A stretch of DNA of 64,000 nucleotides from contig JAUCBJ010003548.1 in assembly GCA_032718475.1 (NCBI GenBank), positions 81,828-145,827 on the forward strand. The letters run 5' to 3'. Positions 53,130-64,000 of this stretch are shown in pieces; the first letter of the stretch is position 1; each line of letters begins with the position of its first letter. This DNA is from Nemertoderma westbladi. Taxonomy: Eukaryota; Animalia; Xenacoelomorpha. The notes below the pieces were generated by a model that did not search any database, was not told where the DNA came from, and worked only from the letters and a program-made list of their open reading frames with translations. The translations under genes were made by a program, and so were the position numbers.

Positions 53130-55515
53130 CTACTACTACTACTAGGTCGAGCGAACTCGGACAGTGGAAATGAGCAACCATCAATTCGTTGTTCAAGTGA
53201 TTTAGTCAGTGTCCAGGTCTCACCCCCGTATAAAAATACACTTTCCACTGTGGCTCGAAAGAACTTAGTCTTCAGGTGCCTGGAGAGTTCTGATTTCCAG
53301 ATGGTATCCATTTTTGATAGAGCTACCCAAGCCTTTGCTTTCCTAACTTCTATGTCCTTTTTGCTACTCTCTATCCATGATCCAAGGTACTGGAAGTCAT
53401 CGACCTCCTTAGTTGATTATTATCAATGGTTGTCAAGTTCCCATCAACATTAAAGGTCACGAATTCGGTCTTTGTAGCATTTATATGCAATCCAACCTCC
53501 TTAGCAGCCCTCTCCACTTTATTTAGTAGAAGCTGTGCATCTGCTAGCGTATTAGAGAGCAGGGCGATGTCATCCGCAAAGTCGGTATCTGTGACTGTAG
53601 TTGCCGGATATCTACTACTTCTGCGTTCTTGAAGTGTGAATCCCAGATCTTCACCCAGTGTGGCCGTCCTCGTTGCGTAATCCAGCACAATTACAAATAG
53701 TAATGGTGCTAATGTGTCACCTTGCAGTACGCCAGCCAGGATTGAGAAAAACTCAGTTTCACCATCTGGTGAGAGTACCTGCGCTTCTGTGTCACAATAT
53801 AACAATCCAATGCCAGCAACAATTACTTCTGGTATTCCATAAGCTCTTAGGATTTCAAGCGTTTTACCTCTATGGATGGAGTCGAATGCCTTCTTGAAGT
53901 CCACAAAAGTCATGACTGCGGGGAGATTCTTTGACTTAATTCCTTCAATCAGTCTCCGTAGTGCAAGTATCTGAGCTATTGTTGATCTTGTTGTTGATCA
54001 GATTGGTCTTCATCCATTGACTGAAGTGATTCAAAGCGGTTTTTAACTTCTACTGTATAAGCATCCTTTACAGCATTGTCAGTTCTGAGTTTCTCCCAGT
54101 CATAGTTGATTTGCTTGCTTGTGCTGGGTTTGCTGGCTCTCAAACTGAGTCTTATCTCTGCATTCACAATTCTGTGGTCCGAACCAATTAGGTTGAACGA
54201 GCTGTATGCCTCGCAGTTGACCATGCTGTTTCTCCACTTTTTGTTTATAAGGATGTAATCCAGTTGTGCTTTGGTTCCATTGGGGTATTGAAAGGTCCAT
54301 AGCTTCCCCTTACTCTTTTCGAATGTGTTGTTTGTTGGTATCAATTCACATTCTTCCATTAGGTCTAAAAGTAAGTACCCATTTCTGTTAGAACTGGTGT
54401 TATAGGTATAACCCTTGATGTCTTCTGGGCCAATTTGCGCATTCAGGTCACCAGCAATGATTAAAACATTGTGTCTCGGAATGTCCTTTATAAGTCCAGT
54501 CAGTTCTTCATAAAACTTGACTGCTTGTTCTGGCTCTGAGGCATTGGTTGGACTGTAGCAACATATAACTGTTGCCTTGGGATTCCCATCAAATGTTGCG
54601 ATCATAACCCTGGAATTTATAGATTCGATGTTGTTTAGGGTCTTAAGTGCAAATGGGCTTAGCAGAATTCCTACTCCACCAATTGATGCATTGCCCGAGT
54701 TTCTTACTGCTGAGCTTGTTACTAACGTCCATCCATTTCCAATGTAATTGTACTTCATGGCAGTGTCTTCATGACAAATCCGATGTTCTTGGATGCAGAT
54801 GATGGTGTTTGGTATGTGCTTTCAGCGTGCGTGCGTTCATTGTAGCAATCTTTAGTGTCTTTTTACATTTCAACAGGTTGGTTCCTCTTTCTTCTCTGTC
54901 TTCTGTTCCAGTAGCCAATTTATCGACCCCAGCCTGGTGTACCACTGAGGGACGCGGTCCTTGTTGACCCGGGCGACGACCGAGCCGGTATTTCTCCTGT
55001 TGGGTTCTCATACTCATATCTTTCAGTTGCGGGAGTAAACCGCTTGTGGTCGCAACTCCTACAAGCGTCTTCGCAGTAGGTCGCCGTTGGTTGATTACCT
55101 TCCGCCGACCTTGTCAGCATGTCTAGCCGTTGGTTGATTACCTTCCGCCTATCCATGGCCTACAGCCCCGCTGCCGACTGTAGGGGTCCTTTTGTTACAC
55201 CCTGAACCAAGTGTGCCTCCTGGGTTAGGTTACCTAACACTGGTAGAGAAGCATCCAGTATAGACAGGGCAGGGCGTGTATCATCTCTAATGCAGATGCG
55301 TATCAAGCCTTTGCCTTCAATGGTGCCCTAGGCGCTATAGCCCTCAGTGACTTATTTAGTTGACGGGGCTAAACCAACCCACTCTTGATCAACTAAATAA
55401 TGAATAGGCTATGCTTATCGGGCCTGCCCTACTGGGCTGACAGCTACAGGTAGTACCACATTACTGCCATAGTGGTAGCAGGATCTGGGGACCTGACCTG
55501 ACCCAAACTATACCC
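53130..55515 (-). mobile_element. RTE-clade LINE (family A) with its 5' end present and internal deletions, in EcKL intron 3
   Basis: APE domain (GGVGIL, AGDLNA, LDYIL, SDH) at 53976-54850; RT (VDFKKAFD, QGDTLAP, FADD) at 53371-53975; (TAG)n tail; 12-bp TSD AAATATATAATA at 53118-53129 and 55516-55527. About 300 bp is missing at 53173 relative to the 45433 copy. Confidence 0.93.
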
Positions 55516-56623
55516 AAATATATAATAATAATATAATAATAATAATATATATATATAATAATATATAATAATAATAATAAAGATATTAAAGAGTAATTAA
55601 TAATAATATTAACTAATATTAAAGAGTTAATTGTATTTTATGTATTATGTATAAGGATATTTTCCTTTTCAAAACACAATGAACTCGTATTTATTGAGAT
55701 TGATTATGGGACAATACCCATATCCCAGCTGATTCATAAACAAACAAGATATTCATATAATATTCACAAGATAACTCTAATTCAAATAATTGCCGTTTAA
55801 TTTCAAATAAACCATCGTGAAATAATACATTCACTCACATACATCATTAAAGATTGTACTACTGTACTACAGTAGTGCTAGGCTAGGCTACTGCAGCGGC
55901 AGTACTGCGCACTGGGGTCCCCCGCTACCTTTCTACTCCGACAGACTACATTCTGAAAGCGGGGCGCGGCGCATTACTGCATTAAGGACTGAAGGATGGC
56001 CTACAGTACATACTGACTGTATTGGTAATCAAGGGACGGATCAGAGGTGAGGCCTACAGGTATTACTATCGACCTCATCAGTACCCGAATCGTATTTCGC
56101 TTTAAAAATATTATTATTACAGCCTACTGCTGTACGGACTATTGAGTAAAGTAAAGGAATGCAGATCAGGCTTAATCAAGAAGCGTATCAGTTAATTCAT
56201 ATTTCGCGAAGGGATATTTGATATTAAGCGGTATTTTTTTTAATTATGACCCCTATCTTTTTTGTTTATGAATGGTATCGAACGCTGAGAGTGCGAAAGT
56301 TCCCCCTGCCCTATTATTGGATGGATAGCTTTCACCCCTACTTTAACCTTTCCTATAACTTTCGCATAACTATCGCACATGTTTGCTAACCAATCAGCCG
56401 ATATAAAGGTACTGTAGGTCTCTAAACCACCTACAAATATTCAATTGTAGCGGTTGAATTGACCTGAACGACGGTGTACGTCGCGTATTCATAATAAACG
56501 ATAAGGCAATCTTATTAAGAGAAACAACCACATGGATATATTAAAAATGGGGTTTATTTAACGTATGGCCATTATATAATGAAACTCTTTGTTTTATTCT
56601 ATTATTAATGTAAATAATAATAT

Positions 56624-56660
56624 ACCGCTGTAGACGCCCGCGATGGGTGAAATGGCCATA
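56624..56660 (+). ncRNA. Second, mutated and truncated hammerhead copy
   Basis: ACCG-CTGTAGA-CGCCC-GCGAT-GGGT-GAAA-TGGCCATA; core A6 is changed to U and the 3' strand of stem I is absent. Confidence 0.65.
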
Positions 56661-57087
56661 ATAATGTTTTTTTCTTTTGTAACCATAAAATGATCAATCA
56701 TAGGTTACATGATGCTTAATAATTTTGGATAGTGGCTACCTGGCCTAACCATAAAAACATTGTTTGAGGTTCACTTCGTTGTTATCACTAAGCAAGTTGT
56801 TCTTCATTCTTTCAAATTTTTTTCTCATTCTGAACTAGAGGAACAGCATGGTTGGGTGAAAATTGATGACGAATGTCATCCTGAACTTCATTTGCATTCG
56901 AGTCACCCAACATTTACTATTTTAAAATGAGACCTTATATATCGATATTTGTGGTGATATATTATATTAACATGAGTGGCAGATTGTTTTGAATATGCTA
57001 GCTTCATAATTAATATACAAGTGCCGAATATGACGATGTATATTGTTTATTGAACTGTTTACGTTTTTCTGAATTATTAATTTATAG

Positions 57088-57522
57088 GTCAGAATGGGAC
57101 TAAGTGACATGCCTGAAGATAAATTAAACCAATGGTTGAGTTTCATGTCCGGAACAATGCAGAGTGGGCTTAGCATAATGGAGAAACATTACCCGGGAAA
57201 AACTGAAATGCTAAAAAGGGTGAAGAAACTGACAGGAGAAGAAATTCTTAATGTAATGTTTAAAACCGATGTTGCGAATAAGAAGTCACAATTTGTGGTG
57301 GCTTCCCATGGTGACTGCCACTTCAACAATCAGCTGTTTAAGTACCCTGATGGAGATACATCCAAACCACCTGTTGGCATACGACTTCTAGATTTGCAAA
57401 TGACCAATCACTCGTCGCCAGGTGGTGATCTTTCTGCTGTTATGGGCATTTGTTTTCCATTTTCATTTGTAAAGGCCAGAGGGATAGACTATTTTCTCAG
57501 CATCTACTATAAGAGTTTCCAG
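57088..57522 (+). CDS. EcKL gene, exon 4 (catalytic motifs)
   Basis: tttatag|GTC AGA...TTC CAG|gtttgt, phase 0-0; HGDCHFNN (Brenner motif), LLDLQ, SSPGGDL and YYKSF. Confidence 0.9.
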
Positions 57523-58219
57523 GTTTGTAAATAATAGTTTCATTACTATTTCACTTTGATTTTGTCATGGCAAAAATGCGTTTACATTATGTGTAATCAT
57601 TATAAAAGTTTAAGGATATTTCATTTAACTGTTACCCTGTGCCGCACTAAAACCGTTGACTGTAATTATTCTACCAGGACGGACTACTTGTTCAGGCTGT
57701 AGGCCATTTATTCTGACTTACAGGGCTTTTTATTAAGAAATAAAATAAATAATGGATATTAAAATAATGGTGACAGTTTTTATACAATGAATATGTTATA
57801 TTAGATAAAAGAGTTTGTTTTGTCGGCTGGACCTATGTCTAAGTGACCAAATGGAATCAAAAGAAAAATATGTTACGATATGAGTATATTTCGGGCAACC
57901 GCCCTGTATCAACTCACGACAAAATATATGTAAAAAATCTGCACAGTAACAGGAAAACTACTGTAGTATGACAGTAAGGCATAAGATGCAGCTACCTGGT
58001 AGGCTCTGTACAGCTGTCGGAAATACGTGCTTCCCATTGGTTGAAACGGAACTCCAAAACATAAGGGAGCTAACTACTAAGTTGGAAAGGGATGTGCACC
58101 AAAAGGATAAATAACTAGGAAAGGGATGTGCACCAAAAGGATAAATAACCACTAACTACTTTAATAGAAAAAAATTGCACCAAGAGAATGAGTATGAAAA
58201 ATTGCACCAAATTTTTTTA

Positions 58220-58824
58220 CTCCCGCACATAAACGCACGTGGCGAGAAAGGTGAGACAAGTGGTTAGGAAGTCACCATTCTACAGTACGACCAGAGTGGT
58301 GTTTACCCCGGGGAGGAAACTAAAAGATATCCTAACAAATTCACAATTAAATAAACCGACCTGTCCGAAACGAGCTAATACATGTACTTCTTGTTACACA
58401 TGTAGCAACGGCATCCGTAATTGTACACAAAAAAAACGTAATATACCAAACCACATGCAACACATGCAAAGAAAGTTACATAGGAGAAACATATAAATCA
58501 ATCAGAACACGCACTATGGTACATATTAATGCGGTACGCAACGGGAACAAAAACCGTAGTAGCTCAGTAGCAGCTCACAGACTAGCGAAACACGGACCGT
58601 GGACACCCACCGCTCAACCACCATTTACTGTTAAAGTATTACGTCGATGTAGAGATTGGCCCGACAGGAAAATTAGTGAGAATGTATACATACACCACCT
58701 TAACCCCTCAATAAATATTCAACACCCCACCAAATTGAATACGACAGCGGCTGGTAGAAACATACAGTACATACATACAATAAACACGTCACACATTAGG
58801 CAACAAACACGTAACACATTATGA
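58220..58824 (+). mobile_element. Penelope-like element 3' fragment (GIY-YIG endonuclease), frameshifted
   Basis: Cys-rich linker CPKRANTCTSCYTC; after a frameshift in the A-run near 58430 it reads NVIYQTTCNTCKESYIGETYKSIRTRTMVH...SVAAH...RKISENVYIHHLNPSIN. Confidence 0.85.
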
Positions 58825-61156
58825 AACAAATGAAGGGGGGGGGGGGGGGGGGGGCAGGAGTTCTCGCGCATATATCTATTTTTGGGTTGGTGTAGTGGCG
58901 TACAGTAAATATCACGTAATGATGAGTTCCCCACTGAACCGCCCAAATCAGGTAACCCGCCCGTCCGGTGGAAAGGAAACTGATAACTAAACGCTCCAGT
59001 GTGGTGTCTGTGCAGGCCGATCCCTACACAGCACCATAGTAATACAGAATATAGACAGAATATAAACAGATAACAAACAATAAATCAGATGCATTTACAA
59101 AAGATAAAATAATATAAGTGAATACGTAAAATGAATAAGGAATCTGTACTACTAAAGAACTGTGCCATAAAACAACGATATCACCTTCCACTCTTGTCAC
59201 CAAACCAACTGAACCAATATTGCTAATCTGTGTCTAATGTACCCCGGTAGCGCGGATGAATATTCCCTAGTAATGAGCCAGACTGGGGTTTAAGACCCCA
59301 GCCTGGCACCCGTACGTAGCAAAAACCCTAATTAAGTACATAATCCTACTACCTAAAACTAAAACCTACTGAAACCCCCCCAATATAACAATAAATACGT
59401 ACTACATAATGTGGTACATATTGACCGCCTAATTGCACATTCCTATCTCTGGCAAGGCTAATATCCCATCTCCCTGCTACCTCTGTCTTGCTACAGGTGT
59501 GGCCTGGCGGCCAACCTGTTCCCGATCACGTGCTCTTTGTATACCTCGTTTGTAATCCACCTAGCCCCATGTCTGTATTGATACCTTGAGAGTTGACTTG
59601 GTGGAAGGCGTACGTAGTAACCTAATACTAATATTCCTGGAAGTCACTGCAGCCCAGTCCCCCCCCCCCCCCCCGTGTGCCCTGTAACTAGTCAGTTCCG
59701 TAGTCCTACCTACACCTACAGTACAAACGCTACAGTAATTACCCCTACAGTACAAACATTAGGCTTGGGTGGGAAACCCGTGGTACTCGTATAATATAAT
59801 GTGTGGATTTGGGAAGGGTAAGGTTCCGGTTGTCGGACACACTCCCCCTTGGGAGTGTAAATGATTTACACTCCCATATCTAAAGGCACGAGCCAGTAGA
59901 CACCCTGTTAACGTCAGGAAAGGTAGGCGACTCCTAAACAATCCGTCGGTTGTCGGTAAAAAAATTGTGGTAGAAAATGAATAAAATAATGGTGGGTACT
60001 GTTGACCCTGAGTATGGTTTTAAAAAACGGGAGTTGATAGTCCCTTTACCAATTCGCCGTGAGTCAGCACACTAGACGAGTTTCCGCTGACCCTACAGAC
60101 GATTGACATCAACACCCATCTGGGTGTTGATATCGTGAAACGGTTTAAGCCCCGTAACGCGCTGTTCAGTGCCATCCACTCTCGGATATAGGCAATGGTA
60201 TCACACCATAAAGGATTCATGATACGAAATAATGTAAATAAATTAATAAAAAAAAAAAAAAAACACATTTTGTTCGTTGTGCCACGCACACACACTCATT
60301 CACTCGTATGTACTTTGGGTGACCCCTGCACCACTTATTGGTGATGGGCACACCCATGGACACCACATCGCTACGCTCTCTGACGTTTTTTACAATCCTT
60401 TGGGCACCCATTTAAATATTTATAATCTCTCCGAACGCGCTATCGGTTACTTTCTCCAGGTCCGGCTCTATGGCACGGCGAGCCCCCAAATGTGGGATCG
60501 ACCCCCTGCATCCTGGCCAACCCAGGGTGCTACCCATCCGCCCAGCTGCGCTCCAACCAGCTACTCTGTGTCATTCGTTAACTTCCAACTTACATTCTCA
60601 TTCCTGTCTCAATCACTGCACACGGTGCTATCTCATTCCAAACAACCTCAAATTGTTGTGGCCGTCCGTATCGGGCCACCCCCAATGTGCGCACGTACCT
60701 GTGATAAGGTAGGTGGGCCCCATTGGTGGTACCTACTTGTTCGGTACCGTAAGTTGTGAATGGGAGCGTCCACAGCGACGAACCCCACTCGTGGGTGGCA
60801 TCTTCTGCTTCACCCACTGCTGTGTGACTGTTATACGTAACTTTCATACACACGTACGTACACACATACACTCTAAATACTAAGTTAACCAAATCACACC
60901 GCTCTGTAAACTGTGTTGAACTATCCACCCGTAATAACGCATACACACTCGCACACCCCCCCCCCCCCCCCCTCCCCCGTGAGCTCCCCGAGACAGCCAG
61001 TGGTGGATACTTATAGACGGTTTACTCCATAAACATTGTAATCATTCGGTGGTGCGTACCTACATGGATCAAATGGAACAAAAAATGCAAGTATTGCATC
61101 GGGCATTGCAAGGTGTGGCTTGTAAATATGTACAGCGTGACGTATAGTCTCGGTTC

Positions 61157-61336
61157 TCTCGTAAGGTGCAGTCAAATAACTCTCGTAAAATACAGTTAAA
61201 TCTCCCGTAAGGTGCAGTCAAATAACTCTCGTAAAAATGCAGTTAAATCTCCCGTGAGGTGCAGTCAAATAACTCTCGTAACGTGCAGTTAAATCTCCCG
61301 TAAGGTGCAGTCAAATAACTCTCGTAACGTGCAGTC
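61157..61336. repeat. ~46-bp tandem repeat (24+22 subunits, about 3.8 copies) abutting the stop codon of the large ORF
   Basis: GGTGCAGTCAAATAACTCTCGTAA starts at 61165, 61211, 61258 and 61304. Confidence 0.9.
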
Positions 61337-63961
61337 CTACTTAATTCGCCGTCTTTTACGGTCATTGATATCCTCCTCCTTCTGGTCCTCCACCTCCCTG
61401 TGGTATTTTACCACGTGTTCGAGGTAGTAGGTCCCGGTGTAGTGGTCCAGGAACCCTTCGAGGTGTCCCGGGTGTCCCGGCCGCCACTCGTCTAGTCTGT
61501 CCTGTATCCTCTGCACGCCTATTGTCATGGCGACGTGCAGGATATGGGTGTATTGCACGGTTTCCTCGCGCCTCGATATCGCGAGCACGAAATCCGGCTT
61601 CATGCGGAAGAAACCCATGGCAATCCCCCACCTGAGGAGGCGACGCCTGGTCTCCACCCCCATGTTGGCGTTGCACTCGAATCGCTCTAAGTGCCCCCTC
61701 GGCTCCCTCTGGTCACAGTCACTGTTCCGGTGTCCCCGGAAGCCGCACCGTCCGCACAGTCGGTGCAGTACCTGGCAGGCCGCCAGGAAGTGTCCCCGTT
61801 CGCCGCAGTACGAGCACGGATCCCCGAGAAGTTTGTCCGGGGGGCCGAACGTACACCTGTCCTGGATATGACTCAGGGCTCCACAGGTATAGCAGGCCGG
61901 TAGCTGAAATTCGTACCCAGCATTGTCCTGTATCGGTCTACGTTTCACGTAGTAAACGTGTTTCCTCTCCCTCACCACGTTTGATGCGCCCTGATCCTTC
62001 GTAAGTCCGTCCGCCTGCAACGGCTGTTCTTGGATGGTAGGTTCTTCCCGGCGATCCACCTGTCTCCTGACTGCAGACCGCGTCTCCCTTTGTGCCGGTC
62101 TCCTTATTTGTTCCAGGGGCGGCATTTCTCCCCCGAAGTTATCGCGTTCCTCCTGCCCGCTGTCATTTTCGGCGTTGGCACTCGTTCGTCCTGTGTATGG
62201 GCGACGTAGTTCCCCCGGCCGACGCCCCAGCATCCCCAACGGTCCCTCCGTTGGGCGACGCCCCCCGCGACCCTGGGCGAGGAGCCCCCGAGTACTACGG
62301 GCGGGTGAGTTCCTTCGGTCCATCGTCTCTCCAGAGTACACAACCCAGTCCCGTGTTCTCCCGTCTACGACCATCCTCTCCACCGCCTGGTCAAACGGTC
62401 TCCTCTGGTCCCGTATATGTCCCGCCACCAAAGCCGTCCCGCGGGAGATCCTTCTACGGCTCTTCCCCAAAGACCCGCGGTTGCCACGGCTCCCGGTAGC
62501 CGCTCCGTATCGGAAGTGGGTGGCGCCCGAGGTCAGTTGGTGTCCTTGTTCCTCTTGGAACCCCCACTCCTCCTCGAACTGTGGCTGGGGTTGGTCCCCG
62601 CCCTCACGTCCATCCCAGACTTTGGAGCTGGTAGATGGCTGTGCTCGGTCGTCCTGTCCTCTTCGGCAGACTCTTTTCGGCTCGTATCGGTAATCCCAGT
62701 CGTCGTAAGCCGCCATCTTGGCTGCCGGGATTTGGCCGCTACCTTCGTCGTCGCTATGGGTCTCGACGTCCGGAGCTGGTTGTAGGGAGTAGCCTCCCTC
62801 GTAGGTACTGTCGGGTCCCTTTCCCGTCTGTGGATTTGTCTCCTCCCGTGGTACTTTACTCTCCCCTAGGCGGCGAATTCTGTCGATTTGCCGGGGAGAC
62901 GGTGTGGTTTCTTTATCCATCAGGTAGTTGGCGTTATAAATGACCTCGGTCCGGTTCTGATCCCTTGGGAAGTCCACAAGGGGCCACAATACCCTACGGA
63001 TAGCCTCTCGGTCCGAGAGGATCCTGCCTCCACTATCGCGGAAGGCTCGGGGAACCAGGCCCACCATGTGGGCTGTCAATAGGAGGGGGATTGACGCCGC
63101 TGCGTAATCCTCCTGTAGGATGTATTGTTCTTGAACCGCGTCTAGTCGTCGGTTCCTCGATGGGAAAGTATACAGTCGTGGGGGCCATCTGGGCCTCGCC
63201 TTAAACTGTTCCGTTGTCAGTCGTGTGGCCCCTGCCTGTCGGTCGTACTTCTCTCTGGACATGGGTTTGAAGTTGACCAGCCCGGTCTCTCGGGCAAAGG
63301 AACCCAGCCCAAAGGCGTTGTTCGGCGGCGCATACAATGCGTCGGTGTTTGGCGATGCCATCGCCTGGAACTGGAGTGCGGTGTCCGCTATCGGTTCGAT
63401 GTCCGCCGGCGCCCCTATAGCCGTCAGGTCGGTTTGAATTGCCGACCCTACCTTGTAGTTCTTCTCGTCCAATAATATGTCTGTCATCGCCTTTGGAATT
63501 TTATTCCAGATCCTCTCGCCGTCCTTTAAGGGGTACGCGACGGCGATAACTAAACCTCCGGGCGATACGAGGTGTAGTACGGTGTCTAAAGTCTCCAGTG
63601 CCGGAGCTACGTAAGGCCTCGACACCATTCCTTGTTTCGCCCTGGCTTCCTCCTGATTGATCCTCCGCCTCCGCTTTCGATGCTTCGGCCCAATCAGCGT
63701 CAGGTTCCCATCCGTATCCCGGTCAGGGATGGCGGTGGGGGGTGCCTGGGCTTGTCCCTCTGTGTCAACTCCCAGGTATCCCAGTTCTCTGACGTCCTCC
63801 ACGAAGCGCCTCCAGTATCCCCTTGGCTCATCTCCGGGTTCTACAGGAACCCCTAGTGATCGCTCGTTTCCCACTTTAATGTAGCGTAGGTTGTCGCGAC
63901 ACGCCTTCAGGAGTGGCCTCGTCCCGTATGTAGTCGTCCTCAGTCCGTCAAATCTGTGCAT
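61337..63961 (-). CDS. DEDDy-type 3'-5' exonuclease domain plus three CCHC zinc knuckles (probably mobile-element encoded; frame open to the window edge)
   Basis: 874 uninterrupted codons. ExoI LGVDTEG, ExoII ILLDEKNYKVGSAIQTDL, FGLGSFA, and ExoIII-like RLDAVQEQYILQED. Knuckles CYTCGALSHIQDRC, CSYCGERGHFLAAC and CGRCGFRGHRNSDC. There is no stop in the 13 codons upstream of the ATG. Confidence 0.8.
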   Translation of the reverse strand: MHRFDGLRTTTYGTRPLLKACRDNLRYIKVGNERSLGVPVEPGDEPRGYWRRFVEDVRELGYLGVDTEGQAQAPPTAIPDRDTDGNLTLIGPKHRKRRRRINQEEARAKQGMVSRPYVAPALETLDTVLHLVSPGGLVIAVAYPLKDGERIWNKIPKAMTDILLDEKNYKVGSAIQTDLTAIGAPADIEPIADTALQFQAMASPNTDALYAPPNNAFGLGSFARETGLVNFKPMSREKYDRQAGATRLTTEQFKARPRWPPRLYTFPSRNRRLDAVQEQYILQEDYAAASIPLLLTAHMVGLVPRAFRDSGGRILSDREAIRRVLWPLVDFPRDQNRTEVIYNANYLMDKETTPSPRQIDRIRRLGESKVPREETNPQTGKGPDSTYEGGYSLQPAPDVETHSDDEGSGQIPAAKMAAYDDWDYRYEPKRVCRRGQDDRAQPSTSSKVWDGREGGDQPQPQFEEEWGFQEEQGHQLTSGATHFRYGAATGSRGNRGSLGKSRRRISRGTALVAGHIRDQRRPFDQAVERMVVDGRTRDWVVYSGETMDRRNSPARSTRGLLAQGRGGRRPTEGPLGMLGRRPGELRRPYTGRTSANAENDSGQEERDNFGGEMPPLEQIRRPAQRETRSAVRRQVDRREEPTIQEQPLQADGLTKDQGASNVVRERKHVYYVKRRPIQDNAGYEFQLPACYTCGALSHIQDRCTFGPPDKLLGDPCSYCGERGHFLAACQVLHRLCGRCGFRGHRNSDCDQREPRGHLERFECNANMGVETRRRLLRWGIAMGFFRMKPDFVLAISRREETVQYTHILHVAMTIGVQRIQDRLDEWRPGHPGHLEGFLDHYTGTYYLEHVVKYHREVEDQKEEDINDRKRRRIK

Positions 63962-64000
63962 AAGCGATGTCTGCAGCTTATATCCCTGTTGGTTCGTGGA

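Noticed and set aside
61362-63884. Short overlapping and antisense ORFs within the large ORF
   Set aside because: Shadow ORFs expected in GC-rich coding sequence.
56452-64000. A single giant Penelope/Terminon-like element joining the hammerhead, GIY-YIG fragment and exonuclease ORF
   Set aside because: EcKL exon 4 lies between the hammerhead and the GIY-YIG fragment, and the exonuclease ORF is on the opposite strand with different base composition. Separate insertions are simpler.

Overview
AT-rich, repeat-dense eukaryotic (most likely invertebrate animal) genomic DNA, with no prokaryotic features. Host genes I can support are four coding exons of an ecdysteroid-kinase-like (EcKL/DUF227, choline/aminoglycoside-kinase fold) gene on + (47367-57522; C-terminal exon not seen) and one LDL-receptor class A exon on - (15957-16076). 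The rest is about 13 kb of minisatellite arrays, RTE-clade LINE copies with (TAG)n tails and TSDs, a decayed TSD-bounded APE-type LINE, several TIR MITEs (Harbinger-, hAT- and MULE-like), a TGT-bounded DINE-1/HINE-like family, a Penelope GIY-YIG fragment and two minimal hammerhead ribozyme motifs. Most notable: (1) an intact, intronless, GC-rich ORF of at least 874 aa at the right edge that fuses a DEDDy 3'-5' exonuclease domain to three CCHC zinc knuckles, apparently inside an unidentified mobile element; (2) a ~94-copy 46-bp array built from the splice acceptor and first codons of EcKL exon 3, so that only the last AG gives a clean reading frame; (3) a hammerhead copy that stops exactly at its predicted self-cleavage site. 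All calls come from reading the sequence; no database searches were run.
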